DNA of 46,899 nucleotides from Perkinsus olseni (lineage: Eukaryota), in assembly GCA_013115125.1 (NCBI GenBank), contig JABANN010000255.1, positions 1-46,899 of the forward strand. Reading direction: 5' to 3'. This document shows positions 10,860-23,292 of this stretch, in pieces (the stretch's first letter is position 1; each line of letters opens with the position of its first letter). Both the position numbers and the translations under genes were made by a program. The notes beneath the pieces were generated by a model. It was not told the DNA's origin. It worked only from the letters and a program-made list of their open reading frames with translations, and searched no databases.

Positions 10860-13800
10860 GTAACACGTATCACTACGCCTGCCAGAGTAGGTAATCACGC
10901 GGCCCACGCTACGAGCCTCCAATGCACTAGTTCACACGCTCTCTCGTGAGCCACTCACGTCCAGGCAGGAGAGCACAGCATCCACGACGACAAGGATCTT
11001 TCTCTGGGCTGAGAGAAGGAAGGGCAATATCCACCCAGCGTCCTTGCCGGCCGATCACCTCTCAGTTGAACTCTGCGAGAGGGGATCGTCAAGTCGGTCT
11101 GATCAGCGACGCCCAATCGCCATCGCTCCAACTGCAACATTTTTACATTCCGGCATGACGGCAGAGCCTTCGTCCGAGACATCCCCGGCTACGGTAAGGT
11201 CGATTTCCCGCCCGCCTTCGCCACTCCAGCTGGCGTCCAATGCTTGCGTATCGTCGAGAGCTGAGGTCGAAGAAAGGACAATACGGAACAAAAGATACGA
11301 TAGCGGGGACCTTGCCAGCCTGGCAATGATGCTTACGGCTTGCAGCAGCCCAGTCGAGGAACAAGGCTCCCGCCTCTCCAATCACACCAGCAGCAGCATC
11401 AGGCTCATCCGCTGCTTGCGGTGGTGGTGGCGCTCTTGGTCTGACAGGAAAGCGAGGCTACGGCCATCGCCACCGAGACGAGGTAAAAGACCCTCATCGC
11501 GCCGAGTAGCCGTGCCCGATACCAGTCGTCGCAATAGCAGCTACGAGTTCTGGCATGACAAGGCATACCCCTTTTCACATAGACGTCATCACCTCGCTGG
11601 TGTCTCCGGCGAGGCCATCAGACCGAAGGCTCTGTTGTCGTGTGATACCGGTGATGGAGATGATGCGCTCCTGTCCTCTATGTATAGCATTCTCCCCCCA
11701 CCACCACCACCACCGCCGCCGTTTACTCTCGATCGCGTTGGTGTATGTGGGACCTGCAGTGGACTACGACCGGCTATCGCCCCTCGAGACCCTACCAGCT
11801 CCGGTTCTCTCGGCTCCGATGACTCCGAAGGAGAAGGGCTCCTGACGAGCTCCAAAGCAAGAGGACGTCTGCTCATGGACGCGTCACTGCGCCACGAAAT
11901 TCTGCTGCACCATCCCCTTGGCCCGGCCGATTGCCGACACTGAACTCAATCCGACCAGCCCTAACATCAGGAGGTTCATTTATCACATGAATCCGCTGAA
12001 TCTTGCTTTCTAGCCTTCCCTCGCATTTTCTCAACGACATGAACACCATACAACCTATCCCTATACTTGGGCATCAACATAAGATACTCCCTGTTGTAGG
12101 AGGTAGTGAGATTGGACAGCCCGAAAGTGTACCTCCGCTTCACTTGCGAGTTCGGTTCGGCATCCACCACCTCCCTCAGCCGTCGCAGATCGCCATCATC
12201 CATAGCAGGAGAGAAAGAGCCACTTCACCAGAGAGAAGAGAAGGGCGCCCCTCAAGCCAACAGCAGTGGTAGAGGAAACCGTTTGAATTCACGATCATGC
12301 CGGGACGGTCTGGCTAGGCGCCGGCTACATTACGGGAGGAGACGGCCAGCCGACGATCGACCTCCACCTTCACTCTAACCATGGACTCATCATCCAACTC
12401 TTGCAGCAAAGCAAGTACTGAGAAGACCGTCCTGGGACCGAGACGCGGTCGCCCGGGTACCCCCACCAGCCGTGACTATGTTATTGTTGCTCTTCTCCTC
12501 AAGCGAGTCATCCTCCCCGACGTTGATGCTTCTCCCTTCCTCCTCGTCCTCTCCTAGTGGTACTGCCGAGAAGCATGGGAACAACCCGATAAGCACCCGA
12601 GACCCACCTTCGGACGACCGTCGAGTCCGACTAGTCAGCCGTGATCGATCCACAGAGGCCCTCCAACAGCTGTCCTCCTCCACCACCACAGGGCTCTCAT
12701 GTACCTTACCGTCAATCGCCGATGACAGGCCCATTTACAGTACCACTGGTGATGACGAATGCATCGACATGAAGGAGTCCCTCGGCAGAAGCTCCGACCC
12801 CGCTCGATGCTGCTGCTTCTGCTGTTCGACTGCGTAGGATACCGAAAGGTCGTAGGTGTCATCGTGACCGCCGCCACCACTACCACGCGAGGCAGGAGGC
12901 ACAGCCGTAGAGTCTGCATGGGAGCGATGGTGATCGCCGGGAAGTACATCACCCACCACGCAGCAGTCCCTCCCACAGCGGCCCACCGCCGGCTATACTC
13001 GAACACCGGCCGCTACCAAACCTCGCACTATCTCTCTGAATGGCAGAGGTCTCCTCCTCCTCGGAGGCCCTACCCAGTCCATGGCATCCGCAAACCGCGG
13101 TCGAGCACGCAGACTCACCAGGACCCTCGACGGCGGCGAGGATCGTCATCATCGGCAGCCAGATTCCCCTCGGCATCACACTCTTGAAAGCCGCGGCCTT
13201 CATCAGAGGACCGAGGCCTGTGAGTGAGTATAGAAAACTCACCCCCCAACTGATGCTGTGGACTACGACCCGCCTTGTGCCATCCCACTGTCATCAGCAC
13301 AGCTAACGAAGGAGTGATCTCCTCCAGACAGGATGCTCGCCCTACTACGGTGAACCCCTGACCAGTACTCATGCCCCTCAATCTACCCCGTCTCCACCTA
13401 CCACCATTGTACAGCTCGGACGACGCTGGGGAGAGGGGAGACGCCGTGCGGCTCGATGACGTCGCTGCCACGGCCTGCCGCTCTTCCGCCGTTACCTACG
13501 ATTCACAGTGGCCGGAGACCCGAGCGAGTCGTCCATCACATCCTTATTGTCAAGTATACTCAACCATGGTAGCCTCGATATGACGTACTCTCTGTAGTTG
13601 GGGTGCTCGCTACAAGGATTATCCTCCAACAGTAGTATCTACAACAGCTTCTGTCCGACTCAACCTTCAACCTATGATTCATCAACAGCGTTAATTTCCA
13701 ACACTCTGGGCGATCTAACATTCGCCACGACCAGGCCCAGTAGATCTCATCCTGTACAAATGTAGCCGGCGACCACAACGAGACCGGAGAGAGGGGTCAT

Positions 13801-14460
13801 TAGACCGCACCTCGAGGTTCCGGCAGTGCCGCCGTAGATGGTCTACTTCTTCTAACTCCCGGATGGCATTCTTACGCAGGTACAGCTCCCGCAGCCTCGA
13901 ACCTGTGAGGGCGCACAGGACGCTCCATTCTAGCGCCCACGAAGCCTAACGACATACCCGGGACTTGCAACGATATGCCATCACAACCATTCTAAAGAGT
14001 AATAATGATCAGCGCGACGCCGTGTGACAAACGGGGGAGTGTTGCAAGCGTTGCACAATCATCACAGCGCCGACGCTATGAGTCGTACCCGAGACCCTTC
14101 AGTGCGTAACCGGCTACTACACCCCAACGGCCATTATTACAGCCTTGGAATCCACTAAGCGTCCGGATACGGTTGACACTGAGGCTGCAGACCTCCAACG
14201 CTGGCATGGCTTCACCGATGATGCCGACGTCCCCAAGGTCGCTGCCCTGCCACACGACGACTACACCACATCTTGAGGGAGGATTACTCGGTGTCGCTCA
14301 CCCACAAGTTGAGCTTGGCGATCATGTCCAACCGATCGGAGCGGCATCTCAGCTGCAGCATCTGTCTGGTCAAGACCTTACTACCATCCGCAGTGACCCT
14401 CGGCGAAGGCGACGGCCGATTTTCGTTGTGGCTACTTTGATGACGCCGAGGTATTGGCAT
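10860..14460 (-). CDS. CFAP410/C21orf2-like leucine-rich repeat protein with long low-complexity C-terminal region (3' extent uncertain)
   Basis: Exons read KVLTRQMLQLRCRSDRLDMIAKLNLW / GSDLGDVGIIGEAMPALEVCSLSVNRIRTLSGFQGC / RLRELYLRKNAIRELEEVDHL / ILLLEDNPCSEHPNYREYVISRLPWLSILDNKDV (LRR + LRRcap; 14460-13530, well supported). Near 10960-11010, RKILVVVDAVLSCLD resembles the family's C-terminal helix. The region between may hold a separate gene. Confidence 0.65.
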
Positions 14461-14569
14461 GAGGATGGATAGTCCTACTGAAATCGCTCCTGGGGGGATT
14501 GACCAACTCAATAGGAAAGGACTGACAGCCAACGAGAAGCTGATGACGATGAACTAAATAAAGAGAGCC

Positions 14570-15867
14570 TTAGCCACTGAGCGTGCAAGTGGTGGTGAAA
14601 CCACCATCAACAGTGATGCTGCTGCCAGTAGTCATCGACGAGGCGTCGCTTAGCAGATACAGCACCGCCGAGGTGACCTGACAAAGCAAATGTCTATCCC
14701 TCGCAATGATAACGCTCTCTGCCACTACGGCCTACTTCGTTCATCTCAGCGAACCTCCCCAGAGGTATACGGTCCCTCATAGGCTTAGCCTTCTCCTCGA
14801 CACCCCAGACTCTAGTCCCCATTGGTGTCATCACAACAGTAGGACACACGGAGTTGCACCGGATACCGTAAGGGCCTGAGCATCACGACGACCGTCACAG
14901 ACTACCAGCACTCGAGAGGTGGCATCTGATTACCCAGTTCCAATGCGGTCATTTTGCTGAGCATGTCAAGACCAGCCTTGGAGCAGCAGTAGGCCGTGTG
15001 ACGCGGTAGGGCAATAGACGAGGCTTGGGAGCTCATGTTAACCTACCACCTTCTATATGAAGAGCAATACTGCATCTACACTACTGGTACTGATACCCCA
15101 TCGATTATGATGATAGGAAGATAAACGAGCGATCACCGGGATGCCCTCCTACAATAGAGCCTTTAATCCCTCTGTCCTTCATAGCCTGTCCAACAACCTT
15201 GGTTGCGACAAATGGCCCGCCAAGATTGGTGTCCACGTGGTCATCAAAGGACTCGCTGGTCATCTCCAGTAGGGGGTCCAACCTCTAAGGAGAAGTGCAA
15301 TGATGACCATGACAGCCCACCTCCAGTGGCCGCCTCTCCCTACCGCTATTCCCGCACAGTTGACGAGGCCATGAATCTGCTCCTCCTGCTCGAGGGCATC
15401 CTTCAGGGCTGTCTCGAACACTGAATGATCGGAGACGTCCACTGCTAGATGGGACAGCTTGGCTGCCTTGTCTTTATCCAGGCTGGCTGACTGAGAGACG
15501 AAGGCGGTGAGAATACCATATCACATACGGCAGGGGCGTCTTTCAAACACTCTCAGAAGGAGTAAAAGAGCCGGGACACTGAAATCAATGGGATACAAAC
15601 AGGATAGGGAATGGCACGAGGACCCTCTAGGAGCACTCAATGCGAAGTTCACCTTGCGGAAAAGCGATATCACTGATCGACGAGCCGACTAGTTGGCCCC
15701 CACCCTCCAGTATGACCCACCAGATCTTCCAAGTCGGTCCTGGTTCTAGACACCGCCAACACTCTAGCGTTGCTGTGTAATAATGAGAGCACCACATCAC
15801 GGCCGAGGCCTTTGCCGGCACCCGTTACGACGAAGAATCTATTAAGGAAGTCAAAGGCCACAGACAT
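14570..15867 (-). CDS. DCXR: Short-chain dehydrogenase/reductase, L-xylulose reductase-like
   Basis: Exons read [56 protein letters not shown] (YxxxK), [24 protein letters not shown] and [25 protein letters not shown] at 15867, TAA at 14570. Confidence 0.88.
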
Positions 15868-16117
15868 TGATGAAAAAAAGAAAAGCTGTGCTGCGGACCA
15901 TACACGCACTCCCACCACATCTAACAACCAAACACCACAAGACTCTTCAATAGAACTGTACCTCGGGGAAGACGGCCAATGGCGGCAGCACCTTCACTCC
16001 TGCTGCCAATGACCGATTCCAGTAATAACAAGCACCCCAGGCATGGGGTTTGGTAAGGAATAATAAGCAGGGAAGAGGTTGATGGGGACGTTACTAATCA
16101 GCGATGGTTCAAGGCGA

Positions 16118-17070
16118 TTAGGCGTAGTTATCAATGATGGACTTATTGACATCAGCTATGCTAGCTCCCTCCTTTCCAGGCTCTTCCTTAGTGAACTGCT
16201 GGAGCTTGAAGATACTCTCAATGACGGCAACCTGAAGCAAGCAGGACGACTGATAATTACCGCCACCTCCCTTTGTAGTACCTCCGTAGCAGTGGTGTCC
16301 ATACCGCAGAAGGCAGCCCAGTCGTTGGCTACCATACCGGCACCGACAGCATCGGAACCTCGGTTCACCGTACCAGCGGTCAAAGGGACCTAGACAGGGC
16401 GCCTACCAAACTATTTGCCAAAGGAAAGGTTACCTGCAGGAGCTGACTGAGCTCATCCATCTCCTCAACGGTTGTTTTCGGGTGTACCAGTCCTCCTTGA
16501 TTGGTGAGGGTGAGGTAAGTGCCGACTAGCACATTACCAGCAATAGCCCCACGGAACACTTCAACCTACAGTGACAAACTTGCACGCTACAGCTACTACG
16601 AGCCCTGTCAACATACCTGCAACACATCTTGGATGATCTCCTCAGTCTCCCTATCGAGATCAGGATGCACCAGGGCAACATAATCGTTGCACACGATACA
16701 GTTGCCGAGGGCTGACAACCGTTCCTCCACTCGTTGAATCTGACAACCACTCCGACATTGAGGTGCCAGCGACCACCTTCGCTACACTTACCTTCACATC
16801 CTCAGGCAATGCGTTCCTTAAATGCTGCAACTCATTGTCCGTAGTGATGCTGGGGACCAGCAAACCGTGTCGGTTGCCAACGCAGACTCGACCGGGGATC
16901 CTTGTGCCCCCGATGGTGGCGTGAACGACGGGAATGTGAGGCTTCAACTCACTCTCGAAAGCCGAGTAGAAGTTCTCACTGCCTCCCAAAGCCACAATAC
17001 AGTAAGAGTTCGTGAGCATGGCGAAGACACCCACTTCATTTGAGTTCTCGAAGGCACACCTCACAGCCAT
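16118..17070 (-). CDS. EIF6: Eukaryotic translation initiation factor 6 (multi-exon)
   Basis: [39 protein letters not shown]...[32 protein letters not shown], ending ...SIIDNYA-stop. Confidence 0.96.
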
Positions 17071-17646
17071 TCTTCAGTAATAAACAGAGACTGAACTAAT
17101 AACAAACCAACTCCTGGGTAATGGCACTTTCTCACCCCACGGTTTAACAATGTGCATCAGAACAACCTCACATGGGAAGTCTAAGCCTTTCAGAAATCTG
17201 CGGAAATGCAGAATCGAAAATATCCTCAGATACTTCAACGCTAGTGGAAACTGCCTGAATTCATCGCAGTTGCGTGATGATAGCCCACTCACACCTAAAG
17301 CTGATACTTCCTGAAATTTAACGTAGATCTGAACAGAAACGACTGAGACCTTCCTCTTCTCAGTGCGACTCACTATTAAGTGCGATGACGCCTGTGCGAG
17401 CGTGAGAGTACGACGGCAGATGTCTAGGGACCCATCATGGGTCACCCATGTGCCGGTAGCAAGCTGCTTGATGGGTGCGAATTCCACATGAATAGCAAGA
17501 GTGGCGCTATCACCAACCGAAGTATTGTCCGACAGCGGCGCGCTGTACCTTGGCCGACATATATACAATCGGCACTGCTACGAAGAATTGCACTTGACTA
17601 TATAGCGAAAAGACGTGGACGACAGGAACGAAAAATACAAAAGAAT

Positions 17647-17718
17647 GGGCTGGGCCGAGAATCGAACTCGGGACCTCTCGCACCCAAAGCGAGAATCATA
17701 CCACTAGACCACACAGCC
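17647..17718 (-). tRNA. tRNA-Pro (anticodon UGG)
   Basis: Reverse complement GGCTGTGTGGTCTAGTGGTATGATTCTCGCTTTGGGTGCGAGAGGTCCCGAGTTCGATTCTCGGCCCAGCCC, 72 nt. Intact D, anticodon (CTCGC/GCGAG) and T arms; one U:C mismatch in the acceptor stem. Confidence 0.93.
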
Positions 17719-18272
17719 GATAAAAACACACAATCACACAAGATGTGTAGAATGCTGGCCGTGAGAGACAGGATCGGGCGTGCGCTACTCTGGATATCTG
17801 TGTAAAGATATCTAGCCGTTTCGTGTCTCATCTGTCTCCTCGGTTACTAAGATTGAGAGAAGTCTCGTGACTAGTTCAGTTGCATTTGCCCTCCGGAAGC
17901 GCTGTCTTCCATTGATCTCTGCAACTTCCCGTCAATCAAGCTATCTACATCAAGAACTCTACTTGCGTTCTAGTCCATCCCCAACTACACCAACCCCGCC
18001 CCTTCGAGAGAGCATACTACACAAAGAGGTCCATACGTGTTGGGCACGTCACTCGACACAACACTGATGACCTGCGCCACAGGACGTCTGTCTCTATTCA
18101 TGCTACACAACTGTCACTTCTCACTCGACCACTTCGAAAAACCTTTCATGTTATACCTATAGAAGCGTCGTTGTGCATTTGACGAAAGGAGGCGTTCAGC
18201 TAATTGAGCACGCAAGTTGCGAATCTCAAAAAAAACGCATAGGGTTCGAGAGAATACGTGGATCTGTGAGCA

Positions 18273-19019
18273 TCATCTCATAGAGCCGAGCCCTGTGTTG
18301 ATATAGTCTTGCAGCCTGTGAGCCGCAAATAACGTGACGAGTATTACCGTCGCCACCACTAGAACCTGAGTATAGACGACGCTGCCGCCGTAGCTCCCGG
18401 AAACCATGGATACAGGGAGAGGACGAAAACTAAAGCGTCTCGTGATACTTACACACCATGACCGATCGCTGATGCTGTGTCCCAGCCTAGCGGCTTTCTC
18501 CAGCTCGCGGACAGCCTCTGAAAGGTGCACTGTGCTGCCAGCGGCTGCTTGGTCGGGGGCCCACCCTTGCTGTCACTAACAGTGGTTTCAACCGTATTCT
18601 CTACGCTAGAGATTTGCTGTCCCTGGTCCGATACCATCACTGCTAAGTCGCGGAACATATCCGAGACTTGCTGTACCTGCATGCCCCTCGTGCCGTGAGC
18701 GCCCCCCATAGAAGCTCTCACTTGCTCATGAATCCGAGATATACCGGCATGCCGTTCATGGACAACTCGCTCGTCGACGAAGGCGTGGGAGTCGCCACTC
18801 TGAGGGCCACATCATGATCCAGATGACGGGATAAGAGCTGCCTACTTCGCGATGCTCTAGTTCTTGTGCAAGTAGGCCGTGACTCTCCTCATGAAGAGGG
18901 TCATCCACCGCGCACTCATAGCGACTCGAGGGAGGCGGATGCCGTCCGAGATGAGAAGAAGAGCCGCTTTCCTTCGACCCCTTCATAGGGCAGTAAAAAC
19001 GGAGGCCTGCCGGTCCCAT
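18273..19019 (-). CDS. Syntaxin-like Qa-SNARE (short; SNARE motif + C-terminal TM)
   Basis: Exons read VQQVSDMFRDLAVMVSDQGQQISSVENTVETTV, EAVRELEKAAR and TM segment VLVVATVILVTLFAA. Confidence 0.82.
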
Positions 19020-19104
19020 CGATCCCCACCAACCAAAGGCACTGCCCCTTAGCGCACAACGGTAAGGTTCCTATCCACAAGTAACTATTCTACATGCTGC
19101 ATGT

Positions 19105-20267
19105 CTAATACCCAAAGGACGTCAGGTTACTCTTATACGACCCAGGGCCCGGCACTCTCGAGCTCCATTGGTTAGGGACGTTCCATCCCTGACAATGAGC
19201 ACCTCATGATCCAAGCCGCTGCCCTCATGAACGCCCTACCGCAGGACGACTCGACATACTGAACGCTGGTGACGAGGTCCCTGTCCCCTTGACGTTCCGC
19301 ATGCTATACCTACACCACCAAAAGTCCAACGCGAGCCTCCCAACAGGGTGTCTCCCACGATCCCGGTCCTGGAACCTTGAACGCCCTCTTGCCGATACTG
19401 GAGGCCGAACTATGGGCGAAGGAATAGCCGTGGTGCTCTGAGGGGCCAACCACCGGCGTATAATATCGTGGCGCGCGACACGCATCTGCCCACCTTTGAG
19501 GAGGCTAGCGGGAGAATAGGTCCCCGGTCCTGGGTTCCTCATTATCTCTGCTGAGACCCCAAGAGTATCCTTCTGAAGAAAGCGCTATGGCAGGCCTGCC
19601 AGATCATACGCCCACCTTCGTTCGTGCTCTCAAGGTATATCGAGGCCCACAGCCTCCCGGATTCTGAGGGGTCTTATACGCGCCAGGCCCAGGTCGCAGA
19701 GCCGCTGGAAAGGTAAAGGAAATTGAAACTAGCTGCTGATGCGTCGGTGGCACCTACCAGTACTGCTGCCAGGACCCCCAATAGGTGGTCGGGTGCTCGT
19801 GCCGAAACCATAGCTGAGGCTGGCGGCCAGGACAGGGTCCCTCGGTCGGTACCTACGTGGCCGCTCAGCCATGCAGCAGCGCCCGAGAAGAAGGAGCCGA
19901 CTTGTCAGGCCCCGGCATGTCGTTCCTCCGCTGGTTGAATCTTCGACTACTACCAAAGCCGTATCTTGGGGCGCCCTACAAGCTAACAGGTTCGCCCAAA
20001 ATCGGTGTCGCCGATATCTGACCTTAAGCTTTGGATTGCTGTAAATTAACGGGGGGTTGTAGGCGCCAGGACCAGGGTTATTGAGAGGACGAGAGTAACT
20101 GATGGTCATGGAGAGCTTCGACAGGCTGTGGAGGCCAAGCAACGGTACAAGTGGCGTCCAGGAAGGGTCCACTTGGGTGCTGTACTGAAGTTGGACAAGC
20201 TGACCATGTAGGCCCCATCCCCTTGGAACCGCTGTGAACGACAAGTCGAAGTAGTCGACATCATCAT
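19105..20267 (-). CDS. PGPGxY-repeat (SHIPPO/ODF3/STPG-like) axonemal protein
   Basis: Repeated PGPGAYNPP, PGPGAYK, PGPGTYSP and PGPGSYK, interleaved with APKWTLPGR / SPAFSMSSRP. Ends SNLTSFGY-stop at 19105. Start approximate. Confidence 0.8.
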
Positions 20268-20499
20268 GTTGTGAGGGGACGATCGACTTATCACTGGTGA
20301 GCCTGACGACAATCTCGCTGATGACCAGAGAACAGCATAGCCTCTACTCGTGGCGGTCCTGAGGTGGTCACTCGAGGTCTGACGAAAGGCAGTTGACATA
20401 GCGGGCGTTGCCGGGGCGGTGGCTGCTGCCGCTGGCGGGCCCTCTGCGAAGGTACTGGCCTCGGCGTCCGATACGACACCTGGCAGCAGCAGTGCATCC

Positions 20500-21418
20500 G
20501 ATGGGCTCATGGCCTCAGAGCAGGTTCCGACCTAGCAGAGCCTGTATGTCGGGACTGACGCTACTGCCATTGCCGGAGTTCACGATGTATCTGTCGTGGA
20601 AGGCTTTGCTGGGGATAGAAGGTCCCGCCGGGGTAGAACCCGGGACCTTCGGATTGCCCTCTACCAAACCTACTCAGCTCCCACTGTCCCAACCGCTCCG
20701 GCGTCCAACAGAGCCTCGACTAGGGCCCGATCAGAAGGTCTCTGCTGTAAGGCACTCACCAGCCACGGCAATCCCGAGGGATCTGGAGATACCACCGTCC
20801 ATCAGCCGACTCCAGCTCCCTACTACCGTTGGAATCCGGACTGATACGCCTCTTGCCGAGAACAGCTCGAACTACCTCAGCGCGGCCCTCCCGAACGGAC
20901 CAGGCGAGAACCTGACCCTTACCATAGCAGCGGCGCCCCTCTCTCTTCACTACCTCTCGCAAGTCCTCTAGCGATGCCGCTGTCAATAGTCCATCCACAG
21001 ATCCCTCTGCCTCCAATACTGCATCCCGAAGGTTCATCCACGACTGATACGCAACCCCTGCCCTACCCATGGCAAGGGTCGCCCTACCTGGGCCTCCTCA
21101 GTCAACGTGATGACCTTCTCCCCCTCCTCAGTCACGGCCCCAGCCGTACCCGATTCCGGTTCCTCAGTCGGCTGGTCCGCAGTCTACAGCGAAGACAGCG
21201 CTGCGTGGCCTTGCAAGGCAGCCTTTCCCTACAGGTCCTTTATCACTGTCGACCAGATCGTGAGATGCATCAGGTCCATCAGGCGCTGGAAGGGGATCTG
21301 CGCCAAAAACTGGCCGAGGCGGCAGGGAAGCTTCAGCCACCTTGAGACAGTGTTTTCGCTTCCTCAACTCCCGCTTCTCCTCCCTCTTCAAAATCCTCAT
21401 CATACCCATCACCAGCAA
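20500..21418 (-). CDS. Hypothetical protein, weak ankyrin-like segments
   Basis: Coding-like exons TEEPESGTAGAVTEEGEKVITLTEEAQ, VLAWSVREGRAEVVRAVL and ALVEALLDAGA. Boundaries not resolved. Confidence 0.35.
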
Positions 21419-21788
21419 GCACTGCTCCGACTCCAGAGGCCTCTTCTTGGGAAGCCATCAACGCGGGTCAATAACGATGCTGTGATGCCAATCTTGCGCA
21501 CTTCCAGCCAATTTCGTGGCGCGCGACATCTTGCGCCACGAAATTGCTACGGCAAATTTGAAGATGTTAACCAGAATAATTGACTCTGAAACTTGGAGCC
21601 GATTGATGCGCGTGGCATCTCTTCCATCTGGGGTCCAGAACCTATTTAGTCTACCCGCTCTTGTCTTTGCTTTGGCCCAGTACACTGTTCTGGGAACAGT
21701 ATACCGCCCCTGCATACCCCATACCACTCCTTTCTATCCTCTCGCCGCTCTGGATTACTACGTCCCTGTTCAATTGTCAGCTGTTTTA

Positions 21789-23194
21789 ATGGCGGTAGGG
21801 TCCCCCACGAAGAAGGCCGTGGTCCACCCCCCTCGGCATCCGATCGAGGCGTCTGAGCTGGGCCGGAGGTTCAACCCTTATGATATCCTTGGCATACCCA
21901 AGACGGCCACTACTACTGTGGTCAAGAGGGCCTACCGGAAGAGGGCCTTGAAGTTGCATCCTGACAAGAATCCAGGAGAGCAGCAAGCCGTCTACGCGGC
22001 GATGTTCAATAACCTTACACTGATGTAGGAACGGGTAATGTCTGGTCGTGATTAGGGGAAGGAGTGGTATGACAGATACGAGTCCCTACTGGACCCTCCC
22101 ACACGTCAAGCCATCGACGATAGAATGGCAGCATCGGAGCAGGAGGAGGCTACAAGGCAGATGCAGACCGCCGAACAGAGCCGGCTGAGGGAAGATCTTT
22201 TGGCAAAGTACTAGGAACGGGGTTAGGGGGGGGGGCGTCGATGGATAGCACTCGTACTGAGAGGGACAGAGCGTCGAGGCTCGTGCCTGAGTGCTACATT
22301 CTCTCGCTTGAATCAAGTCCGGATCTACCAGTGATGACAACAGCTTCTTCATAATGACACGACTACCTTCAAAATGTTGGGCGGGTTCAGAAGCAGTTAA
22401 TTACATTCGAAAGCCATCTACTCATCGCCACGTCGCGGGAACTTGTCGTGAAGGCGTCCAATACATATCGTTAACAAGCGGTCGCGGTGCTTGCTCGCCA
22501 TGTCCCTTGGGTTCAAATCGCGGTCCGGTACTTCGCGAGCGAGCGAGCTCACGTCGCGCTTTCTAAACTTGTTCGCTTCGTGGGTCTGACATTTGCCGTG
22601 AGTTAGCTGGACTTCATGGCGTGCTTCTCGGATAAGCTGTTTATCTTTCTAAGTCCGCATCGGTTACTCAGTCTGCGCTTGGGAGACATTCTGAATGTAG
22701 TGTATCAGCACACTGACAGGACTGTCACTCGTCGACTCGTGAATGGTTAGTGATTGGTCAGTGGATACCAAAATGTCACCGCCTTGCCCATGATGAGGTT
22801 GTAAAACGATCGACTGCAGCGCAATCGTCCGTACGTCCCCCCATAGATCGGTCGGCCAAAATTTCTTCTAGCGTTTGTCACACCCCACGCTGCTGTCCTT
22901 TTCAGAGAAAGAGTATGGAAGGAGCGATCAGCGGCTAGAGATGAGCGGGATCGGATAAAGGCGGCGAACCAAGAGCTGCTAGATGCACTGAAGGCCCGCC
23001 GAGAGAAGGAGCTGCTGTCTGCCAGACGACCACAAAGGCCTACCAGTGCAGCCACGCTAGGAAAGCGGCCCCGTAGTCCTCCAGCTCCGACGGCAGCCTC
23101 GCTTGATGGTATTATAAATAGCGTCTGGGACGAACTAGTGAGAGCTGCTGTTCTTCACGACCGGGGCGGGGACCACCACGTGAAAGCATCTTGA
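21789..23194 (+). CDS. DnaJ-domain protein (DNAJC17/Cwc23-like architecture)
   Basis: [35 protein letters not shown] (HPD motif), then [13 protein letters not shown]...LREDLLA. After a ~700-nt intron comes a charged helical exon ending at TGA 23192-23194. Confidence 0.85.
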
Positions 23195-23292
23195 AACATT
23201 TTCATTCACAATTTTAGCCATTCATACCGCGAGTCGAGTTCGGATTCGCTTGCAGCTCATTGGTCTACATTGTCTTCGTCGTAGTTTTTCAA

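Noticed and set aside
17074-17831. ORFs of 164, 122 and 77 aa around the tRNA
   Set aside because: No recognisable motifs; two overlap the tRNA gene.
22208-22906. snoRNA in the long DnaJ intron (RTGATGA at ~22331 and ~22790)
   Set aside because: No D box at a suitable distance and no terminal stem.
23205-23292. SL relic upstream of intronless genes (TAGCCATT here; TAGCCAAT near 27686)
   Set aside because: Only 6-8 nt of similarity, as expected by chance, so retroposition of these genes is not evidenced.
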